Virus record (IMG/VR): IMGVR_UViG_3300034073_003276
Strand: one strand, 5' to 3'
From: a virus
Taxonomy: Duplodnaviria; Caudoviricetes
DNA: 64,000 nucleotides
The notes under the pieces are model-generated. The model did not search any database and was not told where the DNA came from. It saw only the letters and a program-made list of their open reading frames with translations. Shown piece after piece: positions 36,467-47,240 of this stretch (the first letter of the stretch is position 1; every line of letters begins with the position of its first letter). Position numbers and translations under genes: made by a program.

Positions 36467-38167
36467 TTATATTTTGCCACCTTTGGGTTCTGGTATTTCT
36501 ACTTGTGTCTCATCTACGGTAGGTTCTATAGGAACTTCACCTCCAGCACCTTGCTCTATTGCTTGACCTGCACCTTCTTCACCACCTGGAGGCAATGGAT
36601 TTCCCATTTCATCCACAGGTGCATTTGGATCTGGAATAATTCCTTTTTCAATTTCATCATCAATCTGAATATCAATATCAATAATCTCAGAATCTGTTTG
36701 GCGAAGAATCTTCTTACGAACGTATTCTGTAGAATAATACTTTCCAATATATGGCTCAACAGTAGTCAAGAGAGTTAGACGATTTGTGAGAAGCTCCGCT
36801 TCTTTGAGCTCTGAGAAATGATTATCATAAAGAAAATCATATTGAATATGATCTTCCATTTTTTCCCAATCATCTACAGAAACAATGTTTTTCAATAAAA
36901 GTTGAGTACGAAGCATGTCATTAAACATCAACGCAAATCTTTTTCTCAGTCTTCCAACAAACTTGGAAAATTTTAATTCGTCTCTAAGAATTTCTGAAGA
37001 CCTTCCTAGATTAAATCCATCTCCACCTCCAGCAATTCTTGACTCTGGAACACTTAGTGCTCTATAAAGTTTTTTCTGGAAGTATTCAATGTCGGACAAT
37101 TCTCCAAGATTTTGACCGCCTGGAAGAGTTGTGATTTCAGTTCCTCTACCACCTTCTCTTCTTGGAAGCCAGAAGTCTTCCAACATTGACATATATTTTC
37201 TATCATCACGAACTTCGCCAGTGTTTGCATCATAAACTAACTTATTTCTATAGCGAGACATAACCTCTTTAAGGTATTGCTCTGCTTTTACTTTAGGAAG
37301 ATTTCCAACATCAATATAGAAAATTCTTCTCTCAGGTGCTCTAGATAATCTGTAAATTACAAGAGAATCCTCAATCATGCGAAGTTGATTGAGTGCTTTG
37401 ATTGCTTTATGAAGATATGAAAGAACTGTTCCCTTGTTTCTATCAACTAAACCTGAAGTGCAATATGTAATAGAGTCTTTTGCAATCTTAATAGACCCTT
37501 TGGATCCTCCGGTAATATTGCCCATTGGATAGTTGGGTGTTGGAGAATAGATAAAGTATTCCTCCATTTCGGAATACATTGTATCTAAGTTGTTTGCAAG
37601 ATTTCCATTGTAAGAAATTCTATTTGCAATTTCTACTCCATTTTTTCCTTGAGTTTTCTTTTCTTGACGCACATGCTTCATCTTCATGGGGTCAATATAT
37701 CTTAATTCTTGTATACCAGCCTCTGGTTTCTTTGTATCAATTACTTTAAGATAATATAACCTACCATCAACATACCAATTTCTAAAAATTTCGTGGGACT
37801 TTCTATCAAAGTCCATCATCTCTTTAAGAGACTTGAATTCTTTTCTAATAATTTGCTTAAGTTTATCACTGGCATTTAGATTAGATAGTTCAATCTCTAC
37901 TGGAGAATCATAAAGATCACTTACAATCGCTTCGTTCACTACATCTTCAATCGCAGAATCACACTCAGGATGAAGTGCCATTTCACGATATCTACGCAGT
38001 AAATCAAATTCAGTTCTGTAAACACCTTCGATATCTACATACTGACCATAAAAACCCGATTGAATATAATAATCAACCCCGTCCTCATCTGTCTGAGGTA
38101 CGGGGGAAACTATAGATTTGGATTTTTGCTCCTTTTCATCAATCGAAAAACCAAAGAGTTTCGCCAT
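36467..38167 (-). CDS. gp20: Portal vertex protein
   Basis: YRLSRAPERRIFYIDVGNLPK, EDFWLPRREGGRGTEI. Confidence 0.97.
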   Translation of the reverse strand: MAKLFGFSIDEKEQKSKSIVSPVPQTDEDGVDYYIQSGFYGQYVDIEGVYRTEFDLLRRYREMALHPECDSAIEDVVNEAIVSDLYDSPVEIELSNLNASDKLKQIIRKEFKSLKEMMDFDRKSHEIFRNWYVDGRLYYLKVIDTKKPEAGIQELRYIDPMKMKHVRQEKKTQGKNGVEIANRISYNGNLANNLDTMYSEMEEYFIYSPTPNYPMGNITGGSKGSIKIAKDSITYCTSGLVDRNKGTVLSYLHKAIKALNQLRMIEDSLVIYRLSRAPERRIFYIDVGNLPKVKAEQYLKEVMSRYRNKLVYDANTGEVRDDRKYMSMLEDFWLPRREGGRGTEITTLPGGQNLGELSDIEYFQKKLYRALSVPESRIAGGGDGFNLGRSSEILRDELKFSKFVGRLRKRFALMFNDMLRTQLLLKNIVSVDDWEKMEDHIQYDFLYDNHFSELKEAELLTNRLTLLTTVEPYIGKYYSTEYVRKKILRQTDSEIIDIDIQIDDEIEKGIIPDPNAPVDEMGNPLPPGGEEGAGQAIEQGAGGEVPIEPTVDETQVEIPEPKGGKI

Positions 38168-38197
38168 TTTATAAACTTAATTTGCTTTATACTCTAT

Positions 38198-38788
38198 TTA
38201 GTTGATATCTTCACCACCAGCTGCTGGTGAAGATCCCTTGATTGCTTCCCACCAGTGGACTTGCATTTCAACAGTAAACTCTTGAATTGCTTCAGTTTCA
38301 TATGCCAAGTTAATGGCACTGATGCTGGTTGGGAAAATATCATAGAAATGATATGCTCTCAAGATGGATCCGTCACGATTGAGTTGATAAACGAATGCAT
38401 CTGCTTGATAGAGAGCTGGGTCAGTAGTTCCAGTCGAATCAGAAAGACGATTCATATAGTTGCTCCACTTTTCAAATGCAGAGCGAATTGCGAAGTCGGT
38501 GTCGTTAATGACTGTAATTGTCCAGCTTTCGAAAGTGCGGTCTCCAGCAAGTCTTAGAGTTCTTCCTCTGAATGCTACTTCTACTGGAGTAACATTTGAT
38601 GCAGGAAGATTTGCTGCCTTAACAAGAAATCTACTCTTGTCAAGAGTATTTGAATCCACTCCGATTGCTGCTGGAAAAGCAAGCTCAACTTCAAAGAGGT
38701 TACTTCTGGTGCCACCACCCGACAGTTTGCTCTTGAAGTCTGTAATCTTTCTGAGTGGAATATTATTAAGTTGGGTTCTGGTTGCCAT
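38198..38788 (-). CDS. gp19: Tail tube protein
   Basis: GGTRSNLFEV, FRGR, DRTFESWTITVINDTDF. Confidence 0.93.
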   Translation of the reverse strand: MATRTQLNNIPLRKITDFKSKLSGGGTRSNLFEVELAFPAAIGVDSNTLDKSRFLVKAANLPASNVTPVEVAFRGRTLRLAGDRTFESWTITVINDTDFAIRSAFEKWSNYMNRLSDSTGTTDPALYQADAFVYQLNRDGSILRAYHFYDIFPTSISAINLAYETEAIQEFTVEMQVHWWEAIKGSSPAAGGEDIN

Positions 38789-38807
38789 AGTTGTTTAAAC
38801 CTCTAAA

Positions 38808-41234
38808 TTAAAAGTTTCCGATTACTTCTTCAAAATCAACACCAGTCTTGGTGGCAATAAAGTTAAGACCAATGAAGTTAATTGATCTTGCGGGTTTAAT
38901 GTAAATGTCTGCAACAAATTCATTATTATCTATCACAGCAGCAGTGTTATTTGTTTCATCGCAGATAACGACATAATCAAAGATTCCTCTCTTCGCTTGG
39001 ACATCGCGTAAGAATGGCTCAATGGTGTTTACAAAGTTTGTTCTCGTAATCTCATCATTGAATTCAAAGAGAGCATCTTTTGCTGCTTGAGAAATAGCAT
39101 CCTCAAGATAGATAAACAGACGACGGACATTGATTCTGTCGAATGCGGAGGACTTACCAAATCCAGTCTTATCACCAAATAGGATAATACCTGCTCCTGG
39201 TGAGAAGATTACTGGATTGATTCTATTTGAATAGAGAACGTCTCTTTGAGTTTTTGATGGATTGTATGCAAGTTTAACCGCATTCAGAATCGCACCTCTA
39301 GAGGTTCCTGCAGGTGAATACCAGGCAAAGTTGTTGATGTCATTGCGGGCACAAAGTCCAGCAATATCTCCATTCAGTGGCACATATCTGAAGGTATTTG
39401 CAAATCTATCATACATGTACTTATAACCACTATCAAATATTGCATAAGTTGATGAGGTTACAGGTGCATAGAATTCAATTACCTTATTAGTGATATCAGC
39501 AGCAGACCTTACAGTTACTGCAGTCTGAGATGGGGTGTCAGAAAGTGCTGCTCCTCTGTATGGTGAAATGAATGCAATTGCATCTTTTCTCAATTCTGCA
39601 ACAGAAATCAGTTTATTTGCAAGTGCTTGTGCATCGTTAATATTATACGCTGCAGATCCCATCAGAAGGAAATCTACCTTGAAGTTTTCAGTATTCTCAA
39701 ATAAATCGTAACCATCAGAAAGTTCTGCAAGAGTTGCAGTTAAAGCGCCTGTGGATGCAATACCTATCTTTCCACCATAATCTGCACCTTCGGTGAGAGT
39801 ATTTGTGGATGCACCAGCAGCAGCAAATGTAATTCCGTTTGCTTCCTGATTCCAAGCAACATCAGACTCAAGATCGAATCCTGTGCTATATCCAGTGGTT
39901 ACAATACCAGTTGGTGAATTGAGACCGAAGATATACTCGGAGTTGTTTGCAAGATACTTTCTCCAGAAAGATGGATTACCTACTGAGAATTCTGCATCAG
40001 ATGCCTTAGATAGTGCTAAGTGCTTCTCAAGAATTGTGCCAGCATTTCCAGTTACTGTTCCGAGAGCATCAATAACAACAACATGGACTTCATCGAATCT
40101 TGAGTTTCTTGCTGCAGCATATGCAGAAGTGCCAGGTCTTGGAGCAATGTTATTCCAAGAAATGGATGATGTACTTGTTAAACCTAATGTTTGCTGATCA
40201 AACCAGTCAAGTCTTGAAGTGTATGCAGCACTTCCATATGATGTGTCTTGACCATTTGTATGAAGTCCAACAGATCCTGAAGATGAAAACGCCCAAACAC
40301 CATTTGGTTGATAATCATACTCAGTCTCAGTTCCTGCGTCAGAAACATGACTTAGTACTTTTACATCAATTGAAGAGTTACCAATTCCAGTAATAATTCC
40401 TTTTAAATATCCATCTAATACTGTTGTAGTTCCTATTCCTGCAGATACTCTACCTGCAACAGATTGAGTTACTCCATATCCAACTTGAAGTGCTGCAGAT
40501 GTTGTAGTCGTAGTATAACTTCCAAAAGAAATCTCTACATTATCCAATGCAACTGTATTTAAAGATGCTGGATTGATAGTAACTGTATCAGTTCCAATAC
40601 CAGTAACAGTTACACCAGAACCAATGATTCCTGATAGTTCTTTTAAAGTTTGTCCAGCAATAACTCCAGTTGTTGTGACTCCAGTAATTATTGTGGTAGT
40701 GATACCAACATCACCATCCGATGCAGTGGCAACACCAACAAATGTTGTGTTTGTAACAGCACTAGTGCTAATCCCTGTTAATGTTTGGTCTGCTTTAGAG
40801 TCAATAATACCAACCTTAAGACCATTTGACCATGATCCTGGGTTTCTTGCAGCAACTACAACATCGGTAAGGGTATTTTCATCATATCCTAAAGCATTAT
40901 AATGATCTAAACTATCAATTTTAACACTAGCAGCAGTTCCTACAAATCCATTTCTTAAAAGAGTGTCATTTGCTCTTACAACTCTTAGTGCTCCACCATA
41001 TGCCAAATATGAAGAGGCAGTCAACCAATGCTCATAATGCTTATCTGTTGAGTATGGTTCTCCAAAATTGATAAGTAAATCATTCTCATTTTCTACTAAG
41101 GTTGGCGAATCTACAGGTCCCTTAGCAAAAGGTGCTACTATTGCACCAATCTTATCAGATGAAGGAGTAGCTCTTCCTATTGTTAAGTCAATTTCTCTTA
41201 CTACAATTCCAGGAGATGCTAAATTAAGCGGCAT
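38808..41234 (-). CDS. gp18: Tail sheath protein
   Basis: SPGIVVREID, WYSPAG, AFDRINVRRLF, IKPARSINFI. Confidence 0.96.
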   Translation of the reverse strand: MPLNLASPGIVVREIDLTIGRATPSSDKIGAIVAPFAKGPVDSPTLVENENDLLINFGEPYSTDKHYEHWLTASSYLAYGGALRVVRANDTLLRNGFVGTAASVKIDSLDHYNALGYDENTLTDVVVAARNPGSWSNGLKVGIIDSKADQTLTGISTSAVTNTTFVGVATASDGDVGITTTIITGVTTTGVIAGQTLKELSGIIGSGVTVTGIGTDTVTINPASLNTVALDNVEISFGSYTTTTTSAALQVGYGVTQSVAGRVSAGIGTTTVLDGYLKGIITGIGNSSIDVKVLSHVSDAGTETEYDYQPNGVWAFSSSGSVGLHTNGQDTSYGSAAYTSRLDWFDQQTLGLTSTSSISWNNIAPRPGTSAYAAARNSRFDEVHVVVIDALGTVTGNAGTILEKHLALSKASDAEFSVGNPSFWRKYLANNSEYIFGLNSPTGIVTTGYSTGFDLESDVAWNQEANGITFAAAGASTNTLTEGADYGGKIGIASTGALTATLAELSDGYDLFENTENFKVDFLLMGSAAYNINDAQALANKLISVAELRKDAIAFISPYRGAALSDTPSQTAVTVRSAADITNKVIEFYAPVTSSTYAIFDSGYKYMYDRFANTFRYVPLNGDIAGLCARNDINNFAWYSPAGTSRGAILNAVKLAYNPSKTQRDVLYSNRINPVIFSPGAGIILFGDKTGFGKSSAFDRINVRRLFIYLEDAISQAAKDALFEFNDEITRTNFVNTIEPFLRDVQAKRGIFDYVVICDETNNTAAVIDNNEFVADIYIKPARSINFIGLNFIATKTGVDFEEVIGNF

Positions 41235-41295
41235 CTTTATTCTCCTACAAGTCCAGAATTAATCTAAAAGTATTTATAATTTCCTACTTCTTTGT

Positions 41296-43002
41296 CTATC
41301 TATAATCCCACATATAGGATCTATCTCCATATTCATCCAAATTCCAAACTTCCAGTGATTCTAGTGAATTATTTTTGTCATGTGAAGATGCTGACATCCA
41401 TCTATCTCCCGTTTCTTTTTCCACAAATACTTCCATATCTTCTAGCCCATCAGAAATAAATCCAAAGGGTGCCATATCCTGCTCTATTTGATTTTTCTGC
41501 TCTTCATAGATTCTTTTACGGACATCATTATCTGTCATCTCTTTGAAATAGTCCTGTGCCACCAACCAAGAGAAGATTACAAGGCACATTGCCAAATCAT
41601 CATTACAACCCTCTTCTGCCTCAAAAGAATTATGTCTCTGAGCGAATGTGGTTAACTCTGAGATAATTTCATAATCTACAGTAAGTAGTTTATCATCTTC
41701 TAATAAAGTTTTTAAGTTGGAACATCCTAACTTCTTCACTGCAGCAGTCATTCTCACACCCAATTGTGATTTTTTACCACTAAATCCAGATCCAACAATC
41801 TGACCTGCACGACCTCTCATTGCACACATAAGCACATTGTCATATTCCAAATCAAAGTGTAAAATGTTTGCTACTTGGTCTCCAATATCATTAACTTCAA
41901 TCAGCAACCAAGCATCATTATATCCTTTTGCTACTTCGTGAATAATACTTGGAAATAGCATCGGTTTAATTTCATTATTCCTATACTTTGCTACTACTTT
42001 ATATGGAAACTGTGTAATATCAAAAACAATAAACGCAGAGTAATCATTTCCAAGACCCCTAGCAACATCGACGGTTATTAAGTAATTATTTTCTGGTTTT
42101 GGATGCTCATAAACATCTAAACCAGCGTTTCTTTTAATTGGATCATCATATGCAAGATTTCTAAGTTTTGCTGGATTAATAAGAGTGTTGACAGAACCTA
42201 AGAATTCGCATTCAAACTCAACTTTAAACTGTTGCTCTGAAGTGTTAGCAATTGTCTGTTCTTTCCAAGCATCATCTCTACCTGGAACTTCAGACCAATG
42301 AACATCGGTCGGCACATATTCATTTTTATTTCTTTCAGCATCGTGCCACATACGGTAGAAATGATTCATACCGCGTGGAGTTGAAACTATAATAACTTTC
42401 GTGCTTTGTCCGGAAGAAATGGTTGGATATACTGATGCAAAGAAGTCATCGGCAATGTGATTTGGAATAAACGCAAATTCGTCCAAGAAAATCACATTGT
42501 ATGATCCACCTCGAACTGCAGATGATGATGTAGAGTTGGATGAAATTTTAGACCCATTCTCTAATTCTAAACTACCTTTATTCCAAGACACAATACCCTG
42601 CTGCATCCACTTTGGTAGATTTTCATAAGCAAGTTGCAATCTTCCAAGAAGGTCTCTGGCAGTTGATGCTTTGTTTGCAAGAATTGCAATGTTTACATTG
42701 TCATTGAATACTGCATAATGTAAAAGATATGAAACAACAGTTGTAGATTTACCCGTCTGACGGGGCATCTTACAAATATTGAAACGATTGTCGTGGAAGT
42801 TTTGAATTAACCTTTCTTGGAAAGGATACATTTTAAAAGGTACAAGACCATGATCAAGAGAAACAATCTTGATGTAGTTTCTGGCAAAATAAACAGGATC
42901 TTCCTTACACCTTAAAAACTCAATAATTTGCTCTTCAGTAAATTGAATTTGGGTATTCGCCTTTTTCAGGTTTGGATTTCCCAAATAGACATTATCAGAC
43001 AT
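41296..43002 (-). CDS. gp17: Terminase large subunit
   Basis: PRQTGKST, FLDEFAF, DVARG, NDDLAM. Confidence 0.97.
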   Translation of the reverse strand: MSDNVYLGNPNLKKANTQIQFTEEQIIEFLRCKEDPVYFARNYIKIVSLDHGLVPFKMYPFQERLIQNFHDNRFNICKMPRQTGKSTTVVSYLLHYAVFNDNVNIAILANKASTARDLLGRLQLAYENLPKWMQQGIVSWNKGSLELENGSKISSNSTSSSAVRGGSYNVIFLDEFAFIPNHIADDFFASVYPTISSGQSTKVIIVSTPRGMNHFYRMWHDAERNKNEYVPTDVHWSEVPGRDDAWKEQTIANTSEQQFKVEFECEFLGSVNTLINPAKLRNLAYDDPIKRNAGLDVYEHPKPENNYLITVDVARGLGNDYSAFIVFDITQFPYKVVAKYRNNEIKPMLFPSIIHEVAKGYNDAWLLIEVNDIGDQVANILHFDLEYDNVLMCAMRGRAGQIVGSGFSGKKSQLGVRMTAAVKKLGCSNLKTLLEDDKLLTVDYEIISELTTFAQRHNSFEAEEGCNDDLAMCLVIFSWLVAQDYFKEMTDNDVRKRIYEEQKNQIEQDMAPFGFISDGLEDMEVFVEKETGDRWMSASSHDKNNSLESLEVWNLDEYGDRSYMWDYR

Positions 43003-43013
43003 AGTATATCTCC

Positions 43014-44318
43014 TTATGTTAAATCATAAAAACCCAAAGAACCAACAATATCTCCAGTTCCACTAATTGTTCTTGCAGCAACTGTATAAATATCACTCAC
43101 ACCTGCTTGTGTTGTTCCTAATTGAAGTGCCCAGTTATATTCTTGTTTTTGTGTTAAAGCACCAGAAGATTGGTTTGCTCCAAATGTATAAGTAGTATCT
43201 ACTATTTTTCCACCAGTCATTGCAGTTGCAGAAACATCATACTCAACATTATCTGTGATGGAATCTGGAATATCTGTAAATCCTGCACCAGTTAAAGTTG
43301 CGTTTCTAATAAGTGCAACTTCATAACCAACATTATTGGAAAGTGGGAGAGAAACAAATTGACTTGGAATTACAACCGCAAATTCTCTTCCTGCTTTGAG
43401 ACGAATGGAAACTAAAGGTTTAAAAGTTGTAGTAGCACTTATTGTAGATACTCTTCTTGCAATAGTTTCGGGTTTCTTTCTCTCATACCCACCATTTGAC
43501 ATTACAGTAGCACAAATTTGCTTCATCGTAGAGGATGAAGTTGTGATTCCAGTATTCAATATTTCATAACGAATTGGAAGAGTTGCGGTTCTCATATACA
43601 CACTATCAATCAAATTTGCGTGATTGAATTGATGTGCTGTAATAAACTTCCCATCAATCGCAAATCCAACTCTGACGGAACCAACACCCAACCATTCATA
43701 CTCAGAGAAAATAATTTGTGCCTTAGTTAAATCTAATTGAATTCCACTTGGATTACTTGTGCTAAATCCAGTTCCATCCAAAGTATCAGTATTCCACTCT
43801 GATTGTGGAATTGTAATTGTCGTTCCTACACCAGATGAAGTAGTTCTTTTGATAATATTAATTTGAGAACCAACTTGTTCTAAAAATATTCCATTTTGTG
43901 AAGAACCATATCCAACTCTTTGAGTTAGACTATCTTTAGGTGGTTCAAGGACAAATGTTTGTAATACCTGTAAAGACTTTCCTGGTTGATATGAAAATGC
44001 TCTTTTACTTTGACGAACTAATCTACATCCTGCAGTTGTTCCAATACCAAGAGTTGCAGAACTTTGTGCTGTGATGAATCCAACAGTAGAACCAGTTCCT
44101 ACAACTACATCATCAAAATCACCATCTTGATAATAGATATGAGAAGAATCAAAAAGAGTGAGTGGATTAGAAACCTTTAATCTACCAAAAAGGTCTCCAC
44201 TGAATCCCTGTCCCAAGTCATCATAGATGTTTCCATACCTATCGGCACGCATATAAACTTCAAAAAGTGTTCTTTCTTGATTTAGAAAGTCTTGTTCATT
44301 CTTATTCCACTGTGCCAT
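43014..44318 (-). CDS. Putative structural beta-rich protein
   Basis: MAQWNK...; DLFGRLKVSNP; beta-sandwich-like composition. Confidence 0.55.
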   Translation of the reverse strand: MAQWNKNEQDFLNQERTLFEVYMRADRYGNIYDDLGQGFSGDLFGRLKVSNPLTLFDSSHIYYQDGDFDDVVVGTGSTVGFITAQSSATLGIGTTAGCRLVRQSKRAFSYQPGKSLQVLQTFVLEPPKDSLTQRVGYGSSQNGIFLEQVGSQINIIKRTTSSGVGTTITIPQSEWNTDTLDGTGFSTSNPSGIQLDLTKAQIIFSEYEWLGVGSVRVGFAIDGKFITAHQFNHANLIDSVYMRTATLPIRYEILNTGITTSSSTMKQICATVMSNGGYERKKPETIARRVSTISATTTFKPLVSIRLKAGREFAVVIPSQFVSLPLSNNVGYEVALIRNATLTGAGFTDIPDSITDNVEYDVSATAMTGGKIVDTTYTFGANQSSGALTQKQEYNWALQLGTTQAGVSDIYTVAARTISGTGDIVGSLGFYDLT

Positions 44319-44321
44319 TAA

Positions 44322-44630
44322 TCAATCACTCCACGATAGTCTTTCTGGTCTGTATCTTTGTGCGTTTTTAACTGTTACTGAATTTGATGCCATTGGGTAT
44401 ACATTATGCACAATTGCTCCAGGATATTCTCCCTGAAGTTGCTCTGCAAGAGCATTCTTATCCATAATATTACCTTCGACTTCAAGGCGATATAATTTAC
44501 CTTCCCAAACAACATCTGCAAAAAATGATTCAGTTGCTTGCTCTGGTTGAGAAGAACCTACATTTAAGGTTCCATTGAAGTCACCGTTGATAGTGATACT
44601 TTCTGAAATAAATTGCTTAAAACTTTTCAT
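44322..44630 (-). CDS. Hypothetical protein with capsid-targeting-like start
   Basis: MKSFKQFISES. Confidence 0.6.
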   Translation of the reverse strand: MKSFKQFISESITINGDFNGTLNVGSSQPEQATESFFADVVWEGKLYRLEVEGNIMDKNALAEQLQGEYPGAIVHNVYPMASNSVTVKNAQRYRPERLSWSD

Positions 44631-44635
44631 TTTCT

Positions 44636-46000
44636 TTACCACTTAACTTTGTTTGCCCAATATGCAGCAGACATTTTACCTTTTGCAATGTTCTTTGCAT
44701 GTCTGGTTTTAAATCTATGACGACGACTTGCATATGCTTTAGATTCCCCTTTCTTTTTAGGAGAACCTTTTACACCAAGTTGTCCGAAACGAATAATTTT
44801 TTCTTTTCCACCTTCGCAAGCTTTTACAATATGAGACTTTCCAGTCTCACCAGATCCGTGTGCTTGTGCTTTAGGTTTATTGCACTTCATTTTAGATTTG
44901 TCAACCGCTTCAATCATAAACTCTGAGAATGTTTTTTGTTCTGCCCTCATCTCTCCACTATCAACATAATCGGCAGCAGAATCTAAGTAATCTGATGCTT
45001 TGGTAATCTTTGATTGAACCCACGCCTCAACATTACCTTCACCCTTCATTTTCTTACGAAGTCTCTTCGCTGCAGAAACAATGGTAGAAAGTTGAGACCT
45101 CACCATTGAGTGCTCGTGATCGTAAGACTCTGGGAAATTGCCGGGATGAACTGTTGCAATATTATACTTCTTCTGATTTGGTGCTAGTGGTTCTGGAATA
45201 GAAAACATATCCCAATATTTGGGACCATATCTACATTCATCCCTAGTTTCAGACTTTTCACACTTAGGGCAATATCTTTTCATTTCCATTTCCTCCTTTA
45301 CTTTTACACAATTATTGTATGTTTTACCAAACATCTTTTTATTTCCTTTCTTCTCATAACCAGGCCAACACTTCTTTGCTTCATCAACCATAGTTTCTTC
45401 GGACTTTGTGCCCCAATTATCAGCGCCAACTTTACGACACTTTACAAGTGCTCCAGAGGCATATGCACTTGGCCAGACATCATATCTAGATTTTACTTTA
45501 TGGTAGCAAGCATCTTTTTTACCACTACCTTTACCCTTGATGTCTCTTTGTGCTTCGTTAATTTGCATTTCTTCTTTGAGTCCTGGTTCTGGTTTAATGT
45601 AATTTGGATCTTTTTTACCTTTAGAAAAAGTTTTTACCAAAGTTGGTTTTGCTCCGCCACTTTTTGCCTGCTGACCTGGGTCTTTTTCACGCTTACGACG
45701 AACTGCCGCTTTGATAATTGCCTCTCCTTTTTTACCCTTTCTCTTAAGTGAAGCAAGTCTTGCACTACTAAAACATTTTGGCGTTTTAGTTTCTCCAGGT
45801 TCGTTGGCACAAGGTGATCCATCTGCTTGCACCCATCCAGGTTTACCTTCTTTAGATTTAGAACCTTTAAACCAATGGTGTAAAGATCCACCCCTTTCCT
45901 CATTCATTTTTTTCTTGCGCCCCTGACAATGAGCTCTTTGAGAAAATCCTTTTGGATTGTCGCAATCAATAGATTTTTTATATTTGTCCGACCAACCCAT
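44636..46000 (-). CDS. Modular basic protein, probable internal head (poly)protein
   Basis: K/C-rich modules separated by xxE sites; CTAAATA upstream. Confidence 0.55.
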   Translation of the reverse strand: MGWSDKYKKSIDCDNPKGFSQRAHCQGRKKKMNEERGGSLHHWFKGSKSKEGKPGWVQADGSPCANEPGETKTPKCFSSARLASLKRKGKKGEAIIKAAVRRKREKDPGQQAKSGGAKPTLVKTFSKGKKDPNYIKPEPGLKEEMQINEAQRDIKGKGSGKKDACYHKVKSRYDVWPSAYASGALVKCRKVGADNWGTKSEETMVDEAKKCWPGYEKKGNKKMFGKTYNNCVKVKEEMEMKRYCPKCEKSETRDECRYGPKYWDMFSIPEPLAPNQKKYNIATVHPGNFPESYDHEHSMVRSQLSTIVSAAKRLRKKMKGEGNVEAWVQSKITKASDYLDSAADYVDSGEMRAEQKTFSEFMIEAVDKSKMKCNKPKAQAHGSGETGKSHIVKACEGGKEKIIRFGQLGVKGSPKKKGESKAYASRRHRFKTRHAKNIAKGKMSAAYWANKVKW

Positions 46001-46013
46001 TAGAATAGTAAAA

Positions 46014-46436
46014 TTACTCTTTATTATTTAGAAAACCTTGCTTGAGTAATTTAGATAATTCTGTAGTAGACCCCACAAAAACCGCATTGTTAGTTACATT
46101 GTTAGTTGTTTTAACCGTCTCATCTTCAACATCCTTCAATTTCTTCTGTAGATCAATGAGTTTATCTGTCACATCACCAACACTTTTAATCAGTTGTCCT
46201 GCAACTTCATATGCTCTGGGACTTCCACCTTCTCCAGCAAGCTCCATTATTCCATTGATTGCCTCTTGACCCTTCTCAATCAATGAATATAAGTTTGCTC
46301 TTGTGTATTCATAGTCCTTCTGAATATCCTCATTTTTTAAAGGTTGAATATTTAAATATTCTTTTGATTTTTCCACCTCAACAATATCACTTTCAATATT
46401 GAGAGCAGAATCTAAACCGTCATAATTATTTGTCAT
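46014..46436 (-). CDS. gp16: Terminase small subunit
   Basis: DYEYTRANLY...PRAYEV...FVGSTTEL. Confidence 0.9.
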   Translation of the reverse strand: MTNNYDGLDSALNIESDIVEVEKSKEYLNIQPLKNEDIQKDYEYTRANLYSLIEKGQEAINGIMELAGEGGSPRAYEVAGQLIKSVGDVTDKLIDLQKKLKDVEDETVKTTNNVTNNAVFVGSTTELSKLLKQGFLNNKE

Positions 46437-46442
46437 AATTTA

Positions 46443-47240
46443 TCAAATATCTTTTTGTTGAGTTGGACTGTATGATCTGGAGTCGTCAAAAGATTCCCAA
46501 ACCTCACTAAATCCAAAGTCATCATCTGGAGCAGCATCAATAGGATCGGGAGTCACTGTATATCTCATTTCTCTCTTTGCGGTCGTAGTGTCTGTTGAAT
46601 TGTAATAATCAACTTGAACCTTACGAATAAGACCGTCTGTAGAATCTGCAATTGGACCAAACAGATAAGTTTTTGCCGTAAAGTTTAAAGTATAAATTAA
46701 AACTCTCCTTGTAGAATAATCTCCTTCATAGTCATCTGTAAAGGAAACATTGTCCAACACAATAGGAATATCTCTTTTTTCCCCTATAGAATCTATTAAG
46801 TCAACTGTTAGATTGAATGATGGTTGAAAATATGGAAGTATTTGTTCTACTATCTGTAAAGAATCATCCTGCAACTTTGTCATTATACTCAATTGGAATC
46901 CAATATTATATGGAACAGGCATGAAAACTTTTTTCAAATTTCCACCTTCAGATGCTTTAAAAGTTTGAGTAATATTTGCTTTTCTAGTAGAATCATATTG
47001 AATCGATGTCATCTCAAATGACATTCTAGGCAAAGTAATCGCTATTGGTTTATTTAATTCTGGTTGTTGTTCGAGGCGAGCAAGAAACTTTTGAATTGGA
47101 CCATATGCCAAAGGCACCTTTATTTCACTTATACTATCGTTTGAAGAATTTTTATGCCTGATATAAATTTCATTAAAAACTGTGCCAAAAGCAATGACAG
47201 TTTTTCTAATAATTTCGTGATAGTAGTAAGTTCCTAACAT
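46443..47240 (-). CDS. gp15: Tail sheath stabiliser / completion protein
   Basis: YYYHEIIRK, VPLAYGP, LPRMSFE, EQILPYFQP. Confidence 0.93.
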   Translation of the reverse strand: MLGTYYYHEIIRKTVIAFGTVFNEIYIRHKNSSNDSISEIKVPLAYGPIQKFLARLEQQPELNKPIAITLPRMSFEMTSIQYDSTRKANITQTFKASEGGNLKKVFMPVPYNIGFQLSIMTKLQDDSLQIVEQILPYFQPSFNLTVDLIDSIGEKRDIPIVLDNVSFTDDYEGDYSTRRVLIYTLNFTAKTYLFGPIADSTDGLIRKVQVDYYNSTDTTTAKREMRYTVTPDPIDAAPDDDFGFSEVWESFDDSRSYSPTQQKDI

